This document shows positions 36,937 to 44,580 of a DNA stretch of 64,000 nt, piece after piece. Under the pieces are notes generated by a model. It had not been told where the DNA came from and did not search any database. It saw nothing but the letters and a program-made list of their open reading frames with translations. This stretch comes from Deltaproteobacteria bacterium. Lineage in GTDB: Bacteria > Myxococcota > Kuafuiibacteriia > Kuafuiibacteriales > Kuafuiibacteriaceae. Position 1 is the first letter of the stretch. Every line of letters begins with the position of its first letter. The stretch spans positions 288,001-352,000 of the forward strand of contig JAVJQW010000019.1 in NCBI GenBank assembly GCA_040218735.1. The letters run 5' to 3'. The translations under genes and the position numbers were made by a program.

Positions 36937-38957
36937 TGGTGCGCGTGCGCGACGACCTCGCGGACCGCGTCCGGGAGATCGAGAACGTCTTCATCGAGCT
37001 ATCGGACGGGTGCCGCCTCGCGGCGCGTGTGTTCCTGCCGATCGACGAGGCGCCGGTGCCCGCGATCCTCGAGTACCTCCCGTACCGCAAACGCGACTTC
37101 ATGCGCGCGCGTGACGAACGGATGCATCGTTACTTCGCGGCGCACGGTTACGTGTCGCTGCGCGTGGACATCCGCGGGACGGGCGACAGCGACGGTGTGC
37201 TCGAGGATGAGTACAGCGTGCAGGAGCAGCTCGATGGGTTGGAGGTCATCACATGGATCGCCCAGCAGCCGTGGTGCTCGGGGCGCGTGGGGATGATCGG
37301 GATCTCGTGGGGTGGGTTCAACGCCCTGCAGATCGCGGCGCGTCGGCCTCCGGAGCTCGGCGCGATCATCACGTTGTGTGCGTCGGACGATCGCTACAGC
37401 GACGACGCGCACTACATGGGTGGGTGCCTGCTGAACGAGAACCTGCAGTGGGGTTCGATACTCATGACCTACGACGCGCTGCCGCCGGACCCGGAGATCG
37501 TGGGGGAGCGGTGGCGCTCGATGTGGCTGGAGCGCCTGGACGCTGCGGTTGCGTTCCCCGCGCTGTGGATGCGTCACCCGCTGCGCGACGCGCAGTGGAC
37601 GCAGGGATCGGTGTGTGAGGACTACGGATCGATCACCTGCCCGGTCTACGCGATCGGCGGGTGGGCGGATGGGTACAGCAATGCGGTGCCGCGGTTGCTG
37701 GAGCATCTGAGCTCACCCAAGAAGGGTTTGATCGGTCCGTGGGCGCACGCGTTTCCCAACACGGCGATCCCGGGGCCGCGGCTCGGCTTCCTGCAAGAGA
37801 GCTTGCGGTGGTGGGATCGGTGGTTGAAGGACGAGGACGACGGCATCATGGACGAGCCGCTGCTCACGGTCTGGATGCAGGAGTCCGTGCCGCCGGCGCC
37901 GCAGTACGAACATCGCGAGGGCCGGTGGATCGTCGAGTCCGCGTGGCCGCCGCCGAGTGTTCGGGCCGAGCGGTGGTTCCTCGCACCAGGATCGTTGGAG
38001 GCTTCGCCGCCGTCGGACCGCGAGACGATGGTGGTGAGCTCGCCGCAGATCACGGGGATGGTGTCGGGGGAGTGGTGTGCGTTCGGTTCGGCGGGCGAGA
38101 TGCCGCTGGACCAGCGCCCGGACGACGGGCGTTCGTTGGTCTTCGACTCCGCGCCGCTGACGGCGCCGCTGGAGATCCTCGGCGCGCCGACGGTGGCGCT
38201 GGACCTCTCGGTGGATCGCGAGGTCGCGCTGATCGCGGTGCGCCTCGACGAGGTGGATCCGGCGGGCGCTTCGACGCGGATCAGCTACGGGTTGTTGAAC
38301 CTCACCCACCGCGAGGGGCACGGGGAGGCGCGCCCGATGCGACCGGGGGCGCGCGAGCGGGTGGTCGTCGCGCTGAACGACATCGCCCACGTCTTCACGG
38401 CCGGACACCGCGTTCGGCTCGCGATCAGCACGGCGTACTGGCCGATCGCCTGGCCGCCGCCGCACGCGGCGGTGTTGTCGCTACACCTCGGTGAGGCGTC
38501 TCTCGCGCTCCCGGTGCGCTCGGGTGAGGACGGCCCGGCGCCCCGCTTCGCGGACCCGGAGGTCGCGCCGAGCACGTCGGCGTCGCCGATGTCCCCGCGT
38601 CCGTTCCGCCGCACCGTCGAGCGCGACCTCGCGAACGGCGAAGTCACCTACCGCCTCCAGACCACGGAGTTCGAAGGCCACGCGATGGGCCACCTCCCGG
38701 ACATCGACCTGGAGATCGGACACGAGATCCAGAAGACACACCGCATCTGCCCGAACGACCCCCTCACCGCGCAGAGCACGATGGTGCAGTGGGCGATGAT
38801 GCGGCGCGGGGATTGGTCGGTGCGGATCGACTGCCGCACGTGCCTGACGAGCGAGGCGGACCACCTTCACTTCACCGCCGAGCTCGTGGCGCGGGAGGGG
38901 GACGAGGAAGTGCGTCGGCTGAGTTGGGACGAGCGGATCGCGCGCGTGGGTTTTTGA
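36936..38957 (+). CDS. CocE/NonD (S15) family hydrolase
   Basis: Motifs EYLPYRK, DIRGTGDSDG, GISWGG nucleophile elbow and GPWAH. The ATG overlaps the upstream TGA. Confidence 0.92.
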   Translation: MVRVRDDLADRVREIENVFIELSDGCRLAARVFLPIDEAPVPAILEYLPYRKRDFMRARDERMHRYFAAHGYVSLRVDIRGTGDSDGVLEDEYSVQEQLDGLEVITWIAQQPWCSGRVGMIGISWGGFNALQIAARRPPELGAIITLCASDDRYSDDAHYMGGCLLNENLQWGSILMTYDALPPDPEIVGERWRSMWLERLDAAVAFPALWMRHPLRDAQWTQGSVCEDYGSITCPVYAIGGWADGYSNAVPRLLEHLSSPKKGLIGPWAHAFPNTAIPGPRLGFLQESLRWWDRWLKDEDDGIMDEPLLTVWMQESVPPAPQYEHREGRWIVESAWPPPSVRAERWFLAPGSLEASPPSDRETMVVSSPQITGMVSGEWCAFGSAGEMPLDQRPDDGRSLVFDSAPLTAPLEILGAPTVALDLSVDREVALIAVRLDEVDPAGASTRISYGLLNLTHREGHGEARPMRPGARERVVVALNDIAHVFTAGHRVRLAISTAYWPIAWPPPHAAVLSLHLGEASLALPVRSGEDGPAPRFADPEVAPSTSASPMSPRPFRRTVERDLANGEVTYRLQTTEFEGHAMGHLPDIDLEIGHEIQKTHRICPNDPLTAQSTMVQWAMMRRGDWSVRIDCRTCLTSEADHLHFTAELVAREGDEEVRRLSWDERIARVGF

Positions 38958-38987
38958 CTTGGGTCGACGTCCCATTCGGGAAAGAAC

Positions 38988-39060
38988 ACAGGAGACGGGA
39001 GATCTGGAGAGGCTCTGCTGATCGCGGAAGCTGTGCACCTCCCGAGCTCCCGTCTCTTGT
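38988..39060. repeat. Single palindromic REP-like element between convergent genes
   Basis: ACAGGAGACGGGAGATCTGGAGAGG ... CCTCCCGAGCTCCCGTCTCTTGT. The arms resemble those of the 22632-23235 units. Confidence 0.75.
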
Positions 39061-39105
39061 AACTTTTTCAGGAACTCGAGCGATCGCCGGTGGGGGCGTG
39101 CCGCG

Positions 39106-40101
39106 TCAGCGAGCGCGTCGCTCGGCGGTTGTGAGGATCAGCTCCAGAAGGTCGCGATATTCCAACCCATCGAAGCGCGCCATCAACGCCAGCTTCGCAG
39201 CGTGGCTCCACGCCGGGTTGGGGTTGACCTCCATGAGTTTGATCGCGCCGTCCGCGCCGGTGCGGAAGTCGAAGCGCGCGTAGTCGCGGCAACCCAGGCG
39301 CGCGAACAGGCGCTCCGCGCGGGTGCGCAGCTCGGCGATCACGTCGGCGTCGAGCTCGGCGCGGCGGACCTTCACGCGTCCGTAGTCGGTGTCCGGCCCG
39401 GTCTTGGATTCGAAGGCGAGGATCTTCGGGAGGTGGTCGGGGAGCGCCGAGAAGTCGACTTCGAGGGGCGGCAGCGCGCGGAAGCCGTGGCCCGGGTTGC
39501 CGATGAGCGCGAGGCCGTACTCGGGGCCCGGGAGGTACTCCTGGACGAGGGCCGGCTCGCCCGGGAGGTTCTCCCGAAACCAGGTGAGTTGGCGTTCGGC
39601 TTCCTCCTGCGAGTGGACGACCGCGTTGGTGTTGATGCCGACGCTGCCGTCGCCGCGCGCCGGTTTGATGAGCGAAGGAAACGTCAGCGCGGGGATGGTG
39701 TCGTCGGGGCCGATGACGGCCTCGTGCGGGACGGGGACATCGAGGTCCTGCGCGAGGAGGCGGACGAGCGCCTTGTCGTAGCAGAGCACCATCGCCTGGG
39801 GCCCCGAGCCCGTGTACGGGACGCCGAACACCTCGAGGAGCGCGGGGACGTGCAGCTCTTGGGTGGCGCGGTTGTCGTAGCCCGTGTCGCAGAAGTTCAC
39901 GACGAACGCAGGCGGGTCGTCACGCAGTCGATCGAGGAGCTCGGCGTGGCGGGTGAGGACGTCGAACGTTCGACCCTTCAGCGAGCGGAACGCCTCGACC
40001 ATCGCGTCGTGCAGCTCGAGGTCGTCGGCGCTGTACGCGCCGTCCCACTTGGTGGGGTCGGCCTGCTCGTGATCGCCGGTGAGGATCAGGATCGTGCCCA
40101 T
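39106..40101 (-). CDS. D-alanine--D-alanine ligase-like ATP-grasp protein (atypical N-terminus)
   Basis: Motifs VPYTGSG, FPSLIKP, ALVQEYLPGPE, RDYARFDFR and MEVNPNP. Confidence 0.85.
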   Translation of the reverse strand: MGTILILTGDHEQADPTKWDGAYSADDLELHDAMVEAFRSLKGRTFDVLTRHAELLDRLRDDPPAFVVNFCDTGYDNRATQELHVPALLEVFGVPYTGSGPQAMVLCYDKALVRLLAQDLDVPVPHEAVIGPDDTIPALTFPSLIKPARGDGSVGINTNAVVHSQEEAERQLTWFRENLPGEPALVQEYLPGPEYGLALIGNPGHGFRALPPLEVDFSALPDHLPKILAFESKTGPDTDYGRVKVRRAELDADVIAELRTRAERLFARLGCRDYARFDFRTGADGAIKLMEVNPNPAWSHAAKLALMARFDGLEYRDLLELILTTAERRAR

Positions 40102-40123
40102 ACGCTACGAAGGTAGCGCAGTT

Positions 40124-40549
40124 CTACGCTTCGGATAACGGCGGCTCGGGGGCGTGCTCCGCGTGCTGCGGAGCGTCGCCGCCGATGTGATCCCACGGCG
40201 CCTTGGACGCAACGAAGATGTGCATCTCGATCTGCACACCCGGGTCACCATCCACGCTCCCGAGCGTCACCCCGTGGACGGCGCCGCCGCCGATCCCGCA
40301 CAGCGTCGTTCCGCAACGCGAACAGAACCCCATCCCCCAACCGGGCGCCGTCTCGTAGAGCGTGAGCAGCTCGCGACCCGCGGTCCAGGTGAACGCGTCT
40401 GCGTCGACCTCTGCGTAGGCCGATCCGGCGCCGCTGAATGCCTTGCGGCACCGCGAACAATGACAGCTGCGCGCGGCGCGGAGGGGCGCGTCGATCGCGT
40501 AGCGGATCGCGCCGCAGAAGCAGCCGCCCGTCTTGGGTTCGAAGCTCAT
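40124..40549 (-). CDS. GFA (CENP-V) family protein
   Basis: Motifs GGCFCGAIRY, CHCSRCRK and FCSRCGT. Confidence 0.9.
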   Translation of the reverse strand: MSFEPKTGGCFCGAIRYAIDAPLRAARSCHCSRCRKAFSGAGSAYAEVDADAFTWTAGRELLTLYETAPGWGMGFCSRCGTTLCGIGGGAVHGVTLGSVDGDPGVQIEMHIFVASKAPWDHIGGDAPQHAEHAPEPPLSEA

Positions 40550-40592
40550 CGCGTACCTACTCTTTCCGGAAGGGGGCACTCGCTCGAACTCA

Positions 40593-41000
40593 TCAGAACA
40601 ACGCTTCGCCCGGGAGCTTCGCGGCTTGTTTCATCCACTTCGTGATGAGTTTGTCGTCCATCTCATCGTCTTCGTGGATGTGGAAATAACGTACGTTCTC
40701 TTGCTTCGAAGTCTCCGGGGGCGGTGGTTTCATCGAAGCGCCCTGGAAGAACGTGACTTTGATGTACTTCGTCATGCAGTGGTACGAGACGAACCACCCG
40801 TTGCCTTCGATGCCGTAGAAGGGTGAGTTCCACCGAACCGCCTTCTTCGCCTTGGGGACGGCTTCCATGATCAGCGCGTCCAGGCGCCGCACGACGACCT
40901 GCTTCCATCCGGGTGTCGCGTCGAGATACGCGGCGACCGGGGCGTCACCGTCGCCCTTCGGGATCTGGGGGTTGCCGCCGGAGAGCAGCTTGGGGGCCAT
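40593..41000 (-). CDS. DUF1801-domain protein
   Basis: LLSGGNPQIPKGDGDAPVAAY...KAVRWNSPFYG. Confidence 0.8.
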   Translation of the reverse strand: MAPKLLSGGNPQIPKGDGDAPVAAYLDATPGWKQVVVRRLDALIMEAVPKAKKAVRWNSPFYGIEGNGWFVSYHCMTKYIKVTFFQGASMKPPPPETSKQENVRYFHIHEDDEMDDKLITKWMKQAAKLPGEALF

Positions 41001-41066
41001 ACGTCACGCTACCACGCCGCCCTCGCGTTGACGCGGCTCTTGTCACCCTTACACTCGCTGCACCGG

Positions 41067-42275
41067 ATGTCCGATTTCGAAGAGATGCGAAAGCGTTGGC
41101 GCGAGCAAGGCCTCGAACCCACCGGCGAGCTCGCCGACGCCGCCAAGGACGCACCCGACACCCTCCACGGCCCGGAGCGCGACGTCCCGATCGTCACGCA
41201 GGACCCCAAAGCCGACATCGCAGCCGAGCGCGCCGAGGAGTCGCGCCACGCCTACTACGCCTACGAAAACGGTATCCCCGACGGAAAACTCGAGGTCCTG
41301 GAGAACCGGCGCCTCGACGCCAAGGACTACAGCCGAGGCACGTGGTTCCTCATACTGGGATCGATCACGTCGACCGTGCTCCTGTTCGTCGTCGGCACGG
41401 CGGTGTTCCCGAAGCTCACCGGCGTCGTCGGGATCATGAGCCTCATCGTCGGTCCGAGCGCGATGTACGGGTTGTGGCACTCCGTCGATCGGCACACGCG
41501 CGACTTCTTGCGGATGCTGGTCCCGGTGTTCCCCGTCGCGCTCATCTCGGGCCTGGTGTTGTACGGCGTCTTCGCGCCCGGGCCACGCGAGGAACCTCCC
41601 GCCGATCCGCCGGTGACCGAGAACGAAGCCCAGCTCCGCTGGCGCACGCGGGTCCTCCCGGGGCTGTCCCCGTTCGCCGCGCGAATGCTGTACGACGGCG
41701 ATCGCGTCTACGCCGACCTACGAAGGGAGCTCGCCACGGCGCGCGGGCCCGAGCTCCTCCTCGCGTTCCTCGAGCTGCGCGAGCGATGCAACGCAAAGCT
41801 GCGCGACGCGGAGCTCGGCGAGCGCGATCGGCAACGACTCGACGCGTGCCTCTCGTTCGCCGCACGCATGCGGCCCGACATCCGCGCGTGGGCGGAGCGC
41901 TACGGCAAGAACCTGTACGGCGTCGTCCCGGAGGATCCGTCGCTCGGCGCGCTGCGTGGGTTCATGGGGACGCGCGAGGTCGGCCCTTTGGTGCGCGGCG
42001 CGCTCGCCGCGCCCGACGCGGAGTGGCTGGTCTACCTCGGCGCGCTGTCGGAAGCGGCCGAGCTTCAGTCCGCGACGATCGAGCGGTTCCTCGCGACGAC
42101 GAAGTCGAAGGACACGACGCGCCGAGCGTGGATTCAGGCGAGGCTCGGGCTCGAGGGCCCCGAGGAGAAGCCGTGTGACGTGCTGCAGAGCGCCGCGGCG
42201 ACGGACGCGCTCGCCGATCTCGCGCAGCGCTGCGACCCCGAACGTTCGGGGCCAACGCCGTGGTGGATGCGATGA
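41067..42275 (+). CDS. Hypothetical membrane protein
   Basis: Three TM segments followed by a helical domain. Confidence 0.65.
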   Translation: MSDFEEMRKRWREQGLEPTGELADAAKDAPDTLHGPERDVPIVTQDPKADIAAERAEESRHAYYAYENGIPDGKLEVLENRRLDAKDYSRGTWFLILGSITSTVLLFVVGTAVFPKLTGVVGIMSLIVGPSAMYGLWHSVDRHTRDFLRMLVPVFPVALISGLVLYGVFAPGPREEPPADPPVTENEAQLRWRTRVLPGLSPFAARMLYDGDRVYADLRRELATARGPELLLAFLELRERCNAKLRDAELGERDRQRLDACLSFAARMRPDIRAWAERYGKNLYGVVPEDPSLGALRGFMGTREVGPLVRGALAAPDAEWLVYLGALSEAAELQSATIERFLATTKSKDTTRRAWIQARLGLEGPEEKPCDVLQSAAATDALADLAQRCDPERSGPTPWWMR

Positions 42276-42301
42276 CGGAGCGTCGCTACGGACGCAGGTG
42301 A

Positions 42302-42601
42302 CTATCGGGTCGCCGGCTGCATTCGATTCAATAGCTTCGCGTCCTCCGCCGGCATGTTCGGGCCGTACGTCACGACGTAGGTCCCGCGCACCGGCGTCGT
42401 CTTGGACGACACGGCGAGCACGAGCGTCTGGCCGTCGGGGTTGCTTCCGGTCTCGACGCGAACGGTCTCGTCGATCACCACGTCCTCCGGCGGGAACGCC
42501 ACCCCCTCGTTGCGAGCGACGAGACCCGCGGGCTCGGCGCGAAACACCTCTCGGTAACCTGCGCGTTCGAGGTCTTGGATGATTTGGGTCAGCGTCTTCA
42601 T
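42302..42601 (-). CDS. Small conserved hypothetical protein (99 aa)
   Basis: MKTLTQIIQDLERAGY...IDETVRVETGSNPDG...RGTYVVTYG resembles a small family often mislabelled 'phosphoribosylpyrophosphate synthetase'. Confidence 0.65.
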   Translation of the reverse strand: MKTLTQIIQDLERAGYREVFRAEPAGLVARNEGVAFPPEDVVIDETVRVETGSNPDGQTLVLAVSSKTTPVRGTYVVTYGPNMPAEDAKLLNRMQPATR

Positions 42602-42645
42602 GCCCGCTGAAGGATGCAGAGGGTATGCCGCGCAAGCGCGACCCA

Positions 42646-43404
42646 TCATGCGGGGTGTGCGCCGCGTCGACGTGTCTCGCGCGAGGCAAGATGTCTCAGC
42701 TCCGTCTCCGCAACCGACCGCAGCTGCGCGGTCAGCGCGTCGCGATCCGCGTACGTCATTCCGCGCGTGGGGATCGCTTCGCACAGGATGCCGTGGATCG
42801 AACCAGGACGCACCCGCCACGATCCGTACGGCATCCGCTCCCGCGCCCCGAAGGTCACGAACGGCACGACGGTCGCCTGTGCGCGGATCGCCATCACCGC
42901 AGGACCCTTCTTGTACGGCTGCAGCGCGCCGTCGGGGCTGCGTCGACCTTCGATCGAGATGAAGTAGCTGTCGCCGTCTTCGAGATCGCGGATCGCTCGG
43001 TCGATGCCGCGCTTCGCTTGGGTCGGCCACTGGCGCACGATGACGCGCGCCCCCATCGCGATCGTCGCCGGCCCGATGAACGGGAGCAGGCCGTACTCGA
43101 AGTTGATGATCAGGCGAAAGGGGATCGGCACCATGGCGGTCTTGGTGAAGGACTCGACCAGGCTCGTCTGATTCAGGTGGACGAAGAGATAGGGTGGGTC
43201 GTCGTAGGCCGAGTTGCGATCGTCCACGGTGACTTGGAGCCCGAAGATGGCTTGTTGAAGTCGACCCCAGGACTCCATCCACGCGCCGGCGCGTCTTCGA
43301 TCGAACCAACCCATCGTGGAGACCGCGGAGAGCATCGGCGCGGTCGTGGCGATCGAACCCATCCACCGAAGACCGGCGCCCAGCGCGGACGGTTCAGAAG
43401 GCAT
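42646..43404 (-). CDS. Lysophospholipid/PlsC-like acyltransferase
   Basis: Motifs SIEGRRSPDG, YKKG and VRPG. Motif I is the variant LNQTSLVE. Confidence 0.75.
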   Translation of the reverse strand: MPSEPSALGAGLRWMGSIATTAPMLSAVSTMGWFDRRRAGAWMESWGRLQQAIFGLQVTVDDRNSAYDDPPYLFVHLNQTSLVESFTKTAMVPIPFRLIINFEYGLLPFIGPATIAMGARVIVRQWPTQAKRGIDRAIRDLEDGDSYFISIEGRRSPDGALQPYKKGPAVMAIRAQATVVPFVTFGARERMPYGSWRVRPGSIHGILCEAIPTRGMTYADRDALTAQLRSVAETELRHLASRETRRRGAHPA

Positions 43405-44092
43405 TGTGTCCGATCCCCCACAAGTCATGCAGCGCGACCCCGAGATCGAAGCGCCACGTCCGGGCGTCGAACGGGTCCGCGTCGGCGCGCGAGGCGTAGC
43501 GGCGCACGTCGACGCCCGCGCCCAGCCACAGCGACAACGAACCCATGAGTCGAACGAAGACCTCCAACTCACCCAACGCAAAAACCCCGGAGTAAGTTTC
43601 ATCGCCCCGCAGGACCGAAACCCCGGCGGCGATCGAGGGGTCGAACCGCACCCGTCCCCACGCGGGGAAGGCGAAGTGCAGCGACACGCCGCCGTCGACG
43701 CCGCGGCCCCCCACAACCCATTCGCCCCGCTCGCGGACGCCGATCGACTTGCCGTCCACGAGCAAACCCACGGCGAGGTTTCCGGACGCGCGCGGCCAGT
43801 GCACGCCGACCTCGCCGCCGCCGAACATGTCGGTCACGAAACGTGCGTGGGGTTCGTCGCCGGTGACGCCCGAGACGAACGTCGCCCGCAGCTTGAGGAA
43901 CCAGTCGCCACCGTAGACGACGAACCCGAGCCGCGGCGCGTGGTTCAGCGCGCTCGCGTCTCCGTCCGTGCTGCTCAACGTCGTGGCGGCGCCGCGGTAG
44001 CCCGCGACGAGCGCTGCGTAGTCGTGGCCGGCGTAGGCGTTGGCCGGGAGCAACCCCGCGACGAGGACCCACGCGCGCACGTCCCCACGCAT
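43394..44092 (-). CDS. Hypothetical exported beta-barrel-like protein
   Basis: Signal peptide ending in ANAYA and alternating beta-strand patterns. Confidence 0.55.
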   Translation of the reverse strand: MRGDVRAWVLVAGLLPANAYAGHDYAALVAGYRGAATTLSSTDGDASALNHAPRLGFVVYGGDWFLKLRATFVSGVTGDEPHARFVTDMFGGGEVGVHWPRASGNLAVGLLVDGKSIGVRERGEWVVGGRGVDGGVSLHFAFPAWGRVRFDPSIAAGVSVLRGDETYSGVFALGELEVFVRLMGSLSLWLGAGVDVRRYASRADADPFDARTWRFDLGVALHDLWGIGHNAF

Positions 44093-44144
44093 CGCACGCC
44101 GACGCGACACGCGACAATCACCCCGACCCGCTATACTCGCCGAC

Positions 44145-44537
44145 GTGCGGCTCGTGATCACCACCTTGTTGGCCCTCGCGACCGCAGCGCCCCCGGCGTC
44201 GCAGCCCGCGTCGAGGCCGGGCAAGACGGCGGCGGATCTCCTCACCGACACGCAGCTCCCGCAGCAGGAGCAGGCGCTCGGTTGGTGGCTCGGCGGCGCC
44301 GGCACCATCGGCCTCGCGGCGGGCGTGTTTGCGCTCTACCTCGCGGATCGGTCGAGCCCCGGACCCACCCGCGACCTCGAGTACGCCACCGGCGTGACCT
44401 TCGTAGGGCTCGGCGCGGCCGTGCTCGTCGCGGGCATCTACACCATGGCCGCCAAGGACCCCGGGCCCTGCGAGACCGACGGTACCGCGCTGTCGGCCGT
44501 GATCATCACCCCGGCCGGCGTGGTCGCCCGCTTCTGA
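44145..44537 (+). CDS. Hypothetical exported/membrane protein
   Basis: Signal peptide, two TM segments and C-terminal GVVARF. Confidence 0.6.
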   Translation: MRLVITTLLALATAAPPASQPASRPGKTAADLLTDTQLPQQEQALGWWLGGAGTIGLAAGVFALYLADRSSPGPTRDLEYATGVTFVGLGAAVLVAGIYTMAAKDPGPCETDGTALSAVIITPAGVVARF

Positions 44538-44580
44538 TCGGGTGGCGACCCACCCGCAACTTTGATACTCGCCAACGCAC

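Noticed and set aside
39106-40101. Housekeeping ddl
   Set aside because: The N-terminus is atypical and the gene is not in a dcw cluster, so it was called Ddl-like only and no symbol was given.
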